From the IMG/VR virus record IMGVR_UViG_3300037418_002332: a stretch of 64,000 nt of DNA; one strand, 5' to 3'. The notes under the pieces are model-generated. The model worked only from the letters and a program-made list of their open reading frames with translations. It had not been told where the DNA came from and made no database searches. Shown one piece after another: positions 26,101 through 34,083 of this stretch. Made by a program: the position numbers and the translations under genes. Position 1 is the stretch's first letter. Each line of letters opens with the position of its first letter. This DNA is from a virus (taxonomy: Duplodnaviria > Caudoviricetes).

Positions 26101-29026
26101 CAATATCTTTCATAGTATAACGCTTGATAGCGATGTTTTGAACTTTGTTTGCGTAGCTTGGTCTATTAGCTGCAACGGCAATACTTGAAGGCAAGCTTGG
26201 ATATGGAGCAATGTTAACGATTGAAAGAACCATAGATTCTTCAAGGTTATTAGGCACTGCTGGGTTCAGACTTGGAATACCTTTGATTTGTTGGATCAAA
26301 CCATTTTTGTCAACAATGATCAAGTCTTTTCTTGGCAAGTAATAGCTGTAATCAATAATGAAGTCACTGTTTGGAGTTGCAGTATGTAGACCACCAGTTG
26401 GTACAATGAAGGAATTTGTAGTTGCTGGATTTTCCGTAGCAGAACCAATTACAGTTGTAGTTGTTGCAGTATTGGTTTTAGCTGATCTTGTATCAATACA
26501 ATCACGAAGATTGAATACTTCACCAGTAATTGTTGATCTGAAAAGTGGAATTTGTTGAGTGGTGATTGCATTTGTATTTGCTGCACCATTAACATCATCA
26601 ACTGGATAGCTGTCAACTGAATAGTAACCAGCACCTTGAGTTGTGTCATGTTCAAAATGATCTAAGCTAACCAAAAGATAATCACCGGAAGCAACCGCAC
26701 CAGTTACAAGTGGGCGAAGCTTAGCATGATCATAGAAATTATCTCTTTGACCATCATCCAAAGCAAAATTTTCAGTGACTAATGTACCTTCAGAAGTTGA
26801 AGCAAAGGCTGAACCTTTCTTTCTAACCCAATTGATACGAATTACGTCTGACAAACCAAGATTCCAAGGTCCAACTGTAGTTGCAGGGTTGGTTGAAATG
26901 CGAATTTTAACTAATCTGTTTGTACGAAGGATTTTCTTGATTTCTTGAGCTGTTGTTTTTCTCAAGTTGGTGATAATTGATGCAGAAACTGTACCAGTAT
27001 AAGTTTCTTTCAAGTCAAACGCAGCTGAAGTTGAAGAAGAGATAGTTACAGTACGATCTGTACCATTGTCAACACCCTTCAATGATAGATCAACTATGTC
27101 ACCGACCAAATATCTCTTAGAGAACGCTGAAGATGACGCTGGCGAGCTTGGTGCAGCGTCCAAAGTCATCAAAGTATTGTTTGTGATGGTTGCAACACGA
27201 CGAACTGATGATGAATCAGCAATTAAAATCTTGTCACCAACGTTCAACTTGGTGAAAGCAGTGCCTGAACCGTTGACAGTGGTACCAGAAGTTGAAATTG
27301 TACCTGCCATCAAAATAGAAGTTGCCGCATTGAAGCAAAGTTGGAAATTTTCACGCTTCTGAGTAGTGTTCAGAGCACCTGCACCGAATGGAAAGATTTC
27401 GTTCGCGGTGCCAGTGTTAAGTGTAAAGGTGCCGTTGGTACCAATTGAGATGTCGAATTTCTTTTTGAAGCTGAAACTTGTCTCAACATTTCCGCCATCA
27501 TCACGAATTCTCTTGATATTTTCAGTTGGAATTTTGAAAATTGAGTTGTCAAAGTTCTTTTCAAGTAGTTCTGGTGTACCATAAACGTCTGCAGAAGCAT
27601 CCGCAGTTGATGCATTATCGTAATGAAGTGCTTTTACTGATGAAAACGCAGCATTGGACATGACAACATTGGTTAAATGTGCTCTATAGATAGCTGAATT
27701 TGCGCCAGGAATACCAGATTCATATTCAATTGATTTTAGAGTTGCTGTACCAATTTGAGCACCGGAAGCAGAGCCTGAATATGTTCTATTGGTGATCTTT
27801 TTATCGGCTGTATCGTGAAGAGTAACGACAATACCATCGTTGACATTCCAGTCACCGACTAATTCATTTACTCTTACATAGTTACCATAGTTGGCAGCAA
27901 TGGTTTGGCCTGAAACTTCTTTGGCATCAATGCCTTTTTCGATTGAAACATATTCCGTAACAATCTTTTCAACTTCATAACCCTTGACATATGCTTTACC
28001 AGGTTCAACACCAACTGCAAGCAATGAAGAATTACCACCATCGATTTGAGAAAGGAAACCAGCGTTTGTACCATCATTCAGATGTTCACGAAGTCTGATT
28101 TTTAGACCATTGACAACATAGTCACCAGATTCATCGTAAGTTCTGCGTGCGAATTCGTCACGGATAACAGAATATTCAGTACGAGTGACGAGCTTATTAA
28201 TAACACCTGATCGAATATCGAGAATTTGGATAAAATCATCAGGAATTGTATCACCGTCATTGTATACGCGAAGTACAGGAACAAGTTGAAGACGGTCTGC
28301 ACCAGGAGCCGCGTAATTGTAGGAGCCTGAAGCTGGGTCAAGGAGGGTAAAGTCTTCGTTGTTGGTGATGATGTTTTCTTCAATTACAAACCCTGCCTTA
28401 CATGTCGGAGTCAATGAATATTTGGAAAGGATAACTCTTTGTTCATCGAAACGAATAAAGTGGTCCTTAGCAAAAATAATACCATCAGTGATATGAAGTG
28501 AAACACCAGTACCAACCGCAGTGTTTGAGTTGAATACTTGGAATGTTACACCGGTGTTTGAGGTGATTGTTTCGTTTTTCTTGAAGACTTTTTCAGTACC
28601 ATCGGTTGAGCCTGAAAGGTATTTGATGAATAGAGTTTTAGTATCTGGGTCTTCAGCTTCTGAACCAGAAGCATATGACATGACCAATGCGTTGATACCA
28701 TTGTTAGCTGATGTAAGTCTCTTACCTACAAGCTCAGAGAGATTTAATGGATTTGAAATTGTGTCTTCATCATTGACCTTGATATAGAATGTGTCATAGT
28801 CAACATTAGTCTTACCATTCTTAACGATAGCACCTTCAGCAAAGAAGTGCTCAGCATTACGATCAATTTGGTTTTGAAGTATAGTTTGAAGCTGAGTGAG
28901 TTCACGTGCTTGAACTGCCAAACTTGGATTGAACAAGATTCTATGGTAGTTCTTATTTTCATTGAAATCGTCATAGTAAGGTGACGTGTTGAAATTGGTG
29001 GTCAGTGTGTTATTATTTGCCATCAT
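23153..29026 (-). CDS. giant virion structural protein (DUF4815 / VrlC-like), 1957 aa
   Basis: 'NTSPYYDDFNENKNYHRILF.P..AVQARELTQLQTILQNQI', 'ARRTYDESGDY', 'RFKNGILVDPF', 'DPIAQTF' and terminal 'VPRCRDMRAICL'. Confidence 0.9.
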   Translation of the reverse strand: MMANNNTLTTNFNTSPYYDDFNENKNYHRILFNPSLAVQARELTQLQTILQNQIDRNAEHFFAEGAIVKNGKTNVDYDTFYIKVNDEDTISNPLNLSELVGKRLTSANNGINALVMSYASGSEAEDPDTKTLFIKYLSGSTDGTEKVFKKNETITSNTGVTFQVFNSNTAVGTGVSLHITDGIIFAKDHFIRFDEQRVILSKYSLTPTCKAGFVIEENIITNNEDFTLLDPASGSYNYAAPGADRLQLVPVLRVYNDGDTIPDDFIQILDIRSGVINKLVTRTEYSVIRDEFARRTYDESGDYVVNGLKIRLREHLNDGTNAGFLSQIDGGNSSLLAVGVEPGKAYVKGYEVEKIVTEYVSIEKGIDAKEVSGQTIAANYGNYVRVNELVGDWNVNDGIVVTLHDTADKKITNRTYSGSASGAQIGTATLKSIEYESGIPGANSAIYRAHLTNVVMSNAAFSSVKALHYDNASTADASADVYGTPELLEKNFDNSIFKIPTENIKRIRDDGGNVETSFSFKKKFDISIGTNGTFTLNTGTANEIFPFGAGALNTTQKRENFQLCFNAATSILMAGTISTSGTTVNGSGTAFTKLNVGDKILIADSSSVRRVATITNNTLMTLDAAPSSPASSSAFSKRYLVGDIVDLSLKGVDNGTDRTVTISSSTSAAFDLKETYTGTVSASIITNLRKTTAQEIKKILRTNRLVKIRISTNPATTVGPWNLGLSDVIRINWVRKKGSAFASTSEGTLVTENFALDDGQRDNFYDHAKLRPLVTGAVASGDYLLVSLDHFEHDTTQGAGYYSVDSYPVDDVNGAANTNAITTQQIPLFRSTITGEVFNLRDCIDTRSAKTNTATTTTVIGSATENPATTNSFIVPTGGLHTATPNSDFIIDYSYYLPRKDLIIVDKNGLIQQIKGIPSLNPAVPNNLEESMVLSIVNIAPYPSLPSSIAVAANRPSYANKVQNIAIKRYTMKDIGTLEQRISNLEYYVTLSMLEKDTFDTKIVDEDGLDRFKNGILVDPFNDHGVGDLSNPDYNIAVDRTASEIRPIFVMDDIAMKYVSNSGLTLSGKNLTRPYTTSTYLSQPNATSTRNAAGLFYNYVGDIVLTPNSDYWVDTTTIPDLQITDTTNLDNWQQLSDAWGTDWGAWQTVITGSVTTAGRTTTSTSTSRIGSSTTTSTTTTTSGGGTTTTATSTRSGTELLVSSGGTQTQNYGDRVVDVSVIPFIRQQTVKYFGSGFKPSTKLYAFFDGENITSYTKKTDSNYLNPSSTLMTDSNGLIYGTFVIPNNNSLRFRTGQRNFRLTDSSTNETDQGLVTTSGQAAFNASGLNQTKQNTIVSTEIPDISINTLTQTATVTTFSPTPTTSSTQTRVINGTSGGGGGGSEAGGSSGRGTGSPNDPIAQTFLVDSGLSPGLFFTGVNLYFASKHATYGAIVELRELNSAQYITNKVVPGSKVRIPSASINVSATAATATTVTFDGPIFLMNNTSYALIVKPEANNDQTTLWVAKLGRTDVVTGEKISKQPFAGVLYASSNDGVYEPIQDEDFKLDLFIAQFTSGSGYADFVNVPTDFLSLSSTSGEWDEVSETIYGETRMVVSGVTGGTIANTDIIVGTTSGGRGTVVSGTSPNFRLKDVFTDFTPVETFSVRYANNTAKGVTGTISSTVVPLGTLLKYNSSTANTFLMDVVRTNSTAFTVGENIRGETSNNSAIIGSFQAKKFNLVNPQSAEVILLNTYIDWDIRTTSNTNSLSALTRIPVGSDYTVSEEKIISSASVASDTLRLRSTLTTFDTNVSPVVNTSRVHNIFVHNIINNDSTGEDSNTGGNALNKYITRKVTLAEGQDAEDLKVYVTGYRPPSTDILVYAKLLNASDSDTFDDIEWVPLTMTSKNLYSDTEDRLDFKELEYSIDDANLTGLNGEYQYINSKNVQFTGYKYLSIKIVLLSSDSVVVPRCRDMRAICLQK

Positions 29027-29050
29027 TCTCTCTTAAATGGGAAGTTGAAT

Positions 29051-29057
29051 TATTTAG
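29051..29057 (-). promoter_or_regulatory. late promoter variant (CTAAATA)
   Basis: CTAAATA on the - strand about 24 nt upstream of the DUF4815 ATG. Confidence 0.55.
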
Positions 29058-29063
29058 TTGTGT

Positions 29064-29107
29064 AATTGCCCAGAACCTAACGAGATTTTCAAAGGTTCTG
29101 GGCAATT
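29064..29107. repeat. perfect 15-bp inverted repeat
   Basis: AATTGCCCAGAACCT (29064-29078) / AGGTTCTGGGCAATT (29093-29107) with a 14-nt loop. Confidence 0.85.
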
Positions 29108-29112
29108 CAAAT

Positions 29113-29724
29113 TCACTTTTGAACTTTCACCATTACAGTTTGATGCTTCAAATATTCTTTCAAAATTGTCAATTCACCCAATTTGGATAAAAATTCAATT
29201 CCTCTAGTTCTTTCTCTGACATCAGTTATGATAATACATCCATCTTTTGCTTGTGCTTTAATTTTGTCAAAGTATTCAGTTATTGGGAAATGAAATCCCC
29301 AAGCAATAGTAGATATGATCAAGTCCAATTCCACATTCGGAAACTCATTTTTATTTCCGTCATAGATATTGATATGTTCTATTGGTATACCATTTCTATT
29401 CAAAAATGCGGAAGTCAAATTCAAATCGCAATAAATGCTACCTTCATCGAACCCATATACAACATCATCAGATTTACCATGCTTATCCAATAAATGAAAA
29501 TTTGGTTTGTTATCATAATGTTCATTCAAAAGACAATTTATGGCGCCCATACCACAACCAATATCCAAAATGTTAGTCGCTGATTCTGGCAAGTATAGTT
29601 TTATAGCATCAAACTGATTTACAACACCATCATAAAAATCATCACCAAAATTATTTGACTTGTTTAATGCAGTTCTCTGTAACTTGAGATATTCAATTTC
29701 ATCTTCATTGATGGGTGATAGCAT
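29113..29724 (-). CDS. class I SAM-dependent methyltransferase
   Basis: 'NILDIGCGMG', 'LLDK' and 'DLIISTIAWGFH' motifs. Confidence 0.8.
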   Translation of the reverse strand: MLSPINEDEIEYLKLQRTALNKSNNFGDDFYDGVVNQFDAIKLYLPESATNILDIGCGMGAINCLLNEHYDNKPNFHLLDKHGKSDDVVYGFDEGSIYCDLNLTSAFLNRNGIPIEHINIYDGNKNEFPNVELDLIISTIAWGFHFPITEYFDKIKAQAKDGCIIITDVRERTRGIEFLSKLGELTILKEYLKHQTVMVKVQK

Positions 29725-29742
29725 TTACTTTCCTTAATGTGC

Positions 29743-29774
29743 TGACAGGACCTTAGTAAAACTGAGGCCCTGCC
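29743..29774. terminator. hairpin / probable terminator after the acidic protein
   Basis: GACAGGACCTTAGT / ACTGAGGCCCTGCC pairs with G-U on the - strand. Confidence 0.5.
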
Positions 29775-29795
29775 AAGAAAAATTTTTATAGAGAA

Positions 29796-30266
29796 TTATT
29801 CGGATGCTTGATCAGTAACAACTGGAGACTCTGATTCAATCGGCGTAGCCGGTGAATCTACGGGAGCCTCAGTTTCGACTACTGGAGATGTTTCCACAGG
29901 AGTTTCGACAGGAGCGTAAACTGCTACAGGAACTTCGACAACAGGTTCAGCAGGAGCAGGTTCACTTACTTCTTCTGCAGGAGCGGAATCAGCCACAGGA
30001 GTATCAACAACGACTGGATCAGCAGCTTCGACAGGATCGGAAGGCTCATCGCCAACAGCACCTGTGTCACTGGTATCATCAGTACCATCTACATCACCTT
30101 CATCTTCAACAATATCAACGTCATCACCTTCAGTATCAACTTCATCTTCACCACCGAACAAGTCTTCAATTTCTTCAATTACTTCTTCGACGAGCTCTTC
30201 AACTTTCTCTTCAACAACGGTCAATTTTTCTTCGACCCATTCAACAACTTCTTTAATATCTGGCAT
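29796..30266 (-). CDS. highly acidic low-complexity protein
   Basis: AAAGGA SD and CTAAATA (30295-30301) upstream; E/D/V/P/A-rich with only 3 Lys and no Arg. Confidence 0.7.
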   Translation of the reverse strand: MPDIKEVVEWVEEKLTVVEEKVEELVEEVIEEIEDLFGGEDEVDTEGDDVDIVEDEGDVDGTDDTSDTGAVGDEPSDPVEAADPVVVDTPVADSAPAEEVSEPAPAEPVVEVPVAVYAPVETPVETSPVVETEAPVDSPATPIESESPVVTDQASE

Positions 30267-30366
30267 TTGCTATCCTTTTGGTTAGAGGCACTACTATTTA
30301 GGCAGTGAACCATCCTGAAAGGCACCGTAACCAAAAGTTTACCAAAATTTAAAGTTCGAAGAAGTC

Positions 30367-31878
30367 TTAGAACTTGACGATAATCTTAACGTCTTCTTGT
30401 TGATCAGATGAACGGCTGATAGGTGAACGATTTTCGATATACAATAGCTTGCCCTGATATTTCTTTAGATCAGGCTTTGTAATACCAACAACTGTAGCAG
30501 TAGCACCGGATGTACCACCAGTGATAGTTTCATTGTTAGCGAACAATGTCACATTACCAGTGACCATCAATACTGTATTGGAATGATATTCAACTGAGTA
30601 AGCAGTTGCACCACTTGTACCACCAGTAACAACTTCGTCAGCAGTAAAGGTCAAGGAAGGGTTGTCAAGTGTCAAACGAGTTGTTTGGTCATAGGTTGTA
30701 TCAGTAGCAACAGTGTTAGCAACCAATTCAACTGGATCAACGATCAGGCCAACTGTACGGAAATCATTAGCGATGAAGAATGTATTGGACTCAGAACCAG
30801 TCATCTTAACGTTCATGATGATATTGTGCGCAAATAGTTCACTGACCGCATCCTTACCATGACCACCTACAGGTGAAACTTGGGCATCAATGGTAGCACC
30901 TGAACCAGTGTTCGCTGTAACTGTACCAGTGACACGAGTATAGTTTGAACCTGGAACGATAACATTGATCTTGGAAATCTGTCCACCTGATACTCGGCTG
31001 ATCGCCTTTGCACCAGTACCATCGCCAGAAATATTAACAGTTGGACTAACGATATATGTTGAACTTGTATCTACAGCTGGTGAGAATGCCGGTGATACAG
31101 TGATTTGCTTGGTAGCACCATCGTAGTCAACGATTGAACGAATTTGACCAGCACCTGTACCGGATGCAATGTATACTGTGCTGAAATTGTAAATGTTATT
31201 TGTAGAGTTCGCAGTTGGTTGAAGTCTGGCAGTAGTTGTACCACCCAGCACAATCGCGCCAGAATGTTCCTTATAGTTTGAACCACCAGTCGTAACCAAT
31301 ATTGAACTCAATGAGCCATTAACCGCAGCTTGTTGGACGGCCCATTGGTCTGAACCGTCATCTGATGCCAGCACCTTAGTCGGAATAATTTTCGTTGTAC
31401 TGAACTTCAATGCGTCAGCAGCTGTGACAGTGTACATATATTTCCAAACATAACCATCACCAGTGGTCAAATTGGAAGTAGAACGACCTGTAGGCTTTAC
31501 AGTACTTGGAACGCCACCATTGTTATAGATGCACTTGTAAACATAAAAGTCTTCAGTAATGACATAGAAACGATTATTTGAAAAGAATTCAGTGTCACTG
31601 GTGTACTGGTCATAGACTGTACCTGATGTCCAATCCACTCTATCTACACCATATGAAACGTCCGATGGTGTAATACGCTTCAATGCCAACATATTGTCCC
31701 AAACATTGTAGACCGTTTCATTGGTCGTATCAAGTGGTTCAGGTGGTGAATTTTCGTTGTCCCATGGATTTGAACGTGCCAGGAAGAAGTAGATTCTTGA
31801 TGGCGCAGCTTCATCAAACTGTTCGTAGAATTGTTCAGCTGAATGCAATCTGAAATTCTTCGTAATTTTTCCTGGCAT
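30367..31878 (-). CDS. gp8: baseplate wedge subunit
   Basis: 'FRLHSAEQFYE', 'WTSGTVYDQY', 'FYVYKCIYN..G.PSTVKPT', 'DGYVWKYMY' and terminal 'RSSDQQEDVKIIVKF'. Confidence 0.9.
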   Translation of the reverse strand: MPGKITKNFRLHSAEQFYEQFDEAAPSRIYFFLARSNPWDNENSPPEPLDTTNETVYNVWDNMLALKRITPSDVSYGVDRVDWTSGTVYDQYTSDTEFFSNNRFYVITEDFYVYKCIYNNGGVPSTVKPTGRSTSNLTTGDGYVWKYMYTVTAADALKFSTTKIIPTKVLASDDGSDQWAVQQAAVNGSLSSILVTTGGSNYKEHSGAIVLGGTTTARLQPTANSTNNIYNFSTVYIASGTGAGQIRSIVDYDGATKQITVSPAFSPAVDTSSTYIVSPTVNISGDGTGAKAISRVSGGQISKINVIVPGSNYTRVTGTVTANTGSGATIDAQVSPVGGHGKDAVSELFAHNIIMNVKMTGSESNTFFIANDFRTVGLIVDPVELVANTVATDTTYDQTTRLTLDNPSLTFTADEVVTGGTSGATAYSVEYHSNTVLMVTGNVTLFANNETITGGTSGATATVVGITKPDLKKYQGKLLYIENRSPISRSSDQQEDVKIIVKF

Positions 31879-31887
31879 CTAATGTCC

Positions 31888-33525
31888 TTAATGGTTAATC
31901 AATTTATATGAAAGTGACGCTGATGGAGTGTACTGGTATGTATCTCTCAGCTGAATGATTGTATTCCCAAGTAATCCTTTGATGAAATACGTAGAGTCTT
32001 GGTTATTTATAATGTCGTGCACAGATAAGATTGTACCTTTACGAATAGGTTCTGAACTGAAATCGGTACCAAATACAAACTTATTTGAAAGCAAATCGTT
32101 ATATGACAAGTCTGCTATGTCCAAATAATTCAACTGGTCAATGTCAACATAATCATCCAGCTTCTGTATAGTAATAGAGTTCAATCCCGTGGATGTGTCT
32201 CGATTGTACCTAAAGGTTGAAATATTGGAATTGAATACAGAAGATGTTCTCAATCTGACAATTAATCCTGAAACCTCTGAGTACACCCATCTATCTCGAA
32301 GCTTATACACGCCTGGACTTATAACACTTTGAATGGTTACTTCCGTTGATCGCTTACTTACAGGTGCATAAATCTCAAGTACATCCCCGGCAACTGCCGC
32401 AGCCATACCAGTGACTGTAATGTTCTGTCCACTAACAACTCCAGTGCCACTAGATGAAACTGTATCCGTAATAAATGAAGCATAGTTGACAGCATTGAAT
32501 GTATATTCCAAAATGTATCGACCAGCAATTTGACCTCGGTGAACGTCTGATTCCAATGAGAAGTTAAAGAAGTCATTCAATGGAATATTATATGAGATTT
32601 CCTTTGAGTACTGTGGAACGAATGAGTTGACATCCAAAGTATTGTCAAGTTCAATTCTCAAATTGTATTCACCGAAGAAAATAGATCCTGCTGGGTGGGC
32701 GAGTTCCTTCAATACATCTGAGTAAGCAGATGGGTCCTTAGCTGATTTGATAACATAACTGAACTCTTGATAGTAATGGTTGTCTTGAAGGACACGATCA
32801 CTACTAAGCCAACCATCCGTTGTCAAATATTTTCCAGGGTATGTGGTGAACCCGCCGAATGTCAGGGTGCCAATTTCTAAATTTTCTAGCTTTGAGAGAA
32901 GCCTTTCGCCATCCACGTAGTTCCCAAATTTATTACTAATGAAAACTTCCGTTACTATGACAGAATCTTCAAGTCTCTGTTCAATCCTTTGTATTTTAGA
33001 TATCGCCCCCGAAGCCGCACCTACAAGAAAGTCATTAGACGAGATGTTCTCAATTGGAACACTCGGCAAAATCTTGAGGGATTCTTCAACAGACCATCTC
33101 CCGTCACTAGCGCGCAAGATATACTTACCTGGATAGTCGAATTCAACATCTTCATTGTATAGTATGCGGAACAACAAAGTAATTGCTGACTCTGTACCTT
33201 TTGCTTTATAGAAGTCTTTGATGTTCTTCAGAAGCAGTCTTTCATCCACCTGCAAGTTCGATGGAATGTCACGCATGAATTCATCAATCAAAAACTTCTC
33301 AAATTGCTGATAACCATTTCCCTTATAGTCCAAATCATTGAAGTCCATAATGCGTCTTGACCAGTAGTCAGGTCCACCAGTGTTATTAGTGCCTGTATTT
33401 GATTCCATCCATTCATAGTAATACTTGATGAATAGTGGAAATGTACTTTCCTCAAAGTCGAAGAACTGTGGAAGTTGATCAGCGACTTTAAGTGATTTGA
33501 ATCTACCAGTAAGTGGATTTGTCAT
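31888..33525 (-). CDS. gp7: baseplate wedge initiator
   Basis: 'FIKYYYEWME', 'IKDFYKAKGTE', 'LQDNHYYQEFSYVIKS' and 'HPAGSIFFG' motifs; lies between gp6 and gp8. Confidence 0.85.
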   Translation of the reverse strand: MTNPLTGRFKSLKVADQLPQFFDFEESTFPLFIKYYYEWMESNTGTNNTGGPDYWSRRIMDFNDLDYKGNGYQQFEKFLIDEFMRDIPSNLQVDERLLLKNIKDFYKAKGTESAITLLFRILYNEDVEFDYPGKYILRASDGRWSVEESLKILPSVPIENISSNDFLVGAASGAISKIQRIEQRLEDSVIVTEVFISNKFGNYVDGERLLSKLENLEIGTLTFGGFTTYPGKYLTTDGWLSSDRVLQDNHYYQEFSYVIKSAKDPSAYSDVLKELAHPAGSIFFGEYNLRIELDNTLDVNSFVPQYSKEISYNIPLNDFFNFSLESDVHRGQIAGRYILEYTFNAVNYASFITDTVSSSGTGVVSGQNITVTGMAAAVAGDVLEIYAPVSKRSTEVTIQSVISPGVYKLRDRWVYSEVSGLIVRLRTSSVFNSNISTFRYNRDTSTGLNSITIQKLDDYVDIDQLNYLDIADLSYNDLLSNKFVFGTDFSSEPIRKGTILSVHDIINNQDSTYFIKGLLGNTIIQLRDTYQYTPSASLSYKLINH

Positions 33526-33597
33526 TTATGTTAGTATTCCAATGGTAACTTCAGAAGTAATTCTTCCTGAATTGTGTTGTTTTTATTTTGTAGAACC

Positions 33598-33628
33598 TTG
33601 ATAGTCATCATAGATTCAGGCATATAAT
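33598..33628 (+). promoter_or_regulatory. sigma70-like promoter firing antisense into the gp7-gp6 intergenic region
   Basis: (C)TTGATA at 33598-33603, 17-nt spacer ending in AGG, then CATATA/TATAAT at 33621-33628; same 'AGG-CATA' junction as the 16842 promoter. Confidence 0.55.
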
Positions 33629-33782
33629 AGTTCCTCGCGTGCGCGAGAAGTTTTGAGTCAGTATGACGAAAAATCTTCCCAATAAGTGTGTAACAAGTAA
33701 TTGAAAGTGACAAGTTAACCCCAGTGAATGAATCGTTAACCGGCCGATGACTGAAGAGCGAAAATACATCCAAACTGTTTTC

Positions 33783-34040
33783 CACCGTGGTCAGAGTCAA
33801 GATTTTATATACATGCTTCTGTACTTTGCCAAAAGCTGATCGTCGGGTTAGTCCACTGCTCAGAGAGTCGTTCCATGATATTCAAATCCTTTTCACCCAG
33901 TGGTCAGAGTCATCATCTATACTTGGGGAGATCCTATATTTTACTATGGCACTCCTTGTCAATACAATCGATTGCTCTCAGGCTTAGTCAACTGCTCAGA
34001 GTATGATTCACCGAATTTGAACTGCTCAGATAGTGATTCC
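33783..34040 (+). repeat. cluster of degenerate direct repeats (iteron-like)
   Basis: ACTGCTCAGA at 33855, 33991 and 34021; GTGGTCAGAGTCA at 33787 and 33900; shared core TG(C/G)TCAGA. Confidence 0.75.
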
Positions 34041-34083
34041 AAGAGTTTATCAACCATATCCACTATTCAGTCCACTCATTCAC

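Noticed and set aside
23277-28974. Many 60-100 aa ORFs overlapping the DUF4815, gp18, gp20 and other long genes
   Set aside because: These are alternative-frame or antisense shadows caused by biased codon usage; they show no independent signals.
29852-30285. Gln-rich and Ser-rich + strand ORFs
   Set aside because: They are antisense shadows of the low-complexity acidic gene, which has the SD and promoter.
33783-34040. Repeat cluster as a CRISPR array
   Set aside because: Repeats are short (10-13 bp), degenerate and irregularly spaced (30-136 bp), unlike CRISPR repeat-spacer periodicity; no cas operon is present.
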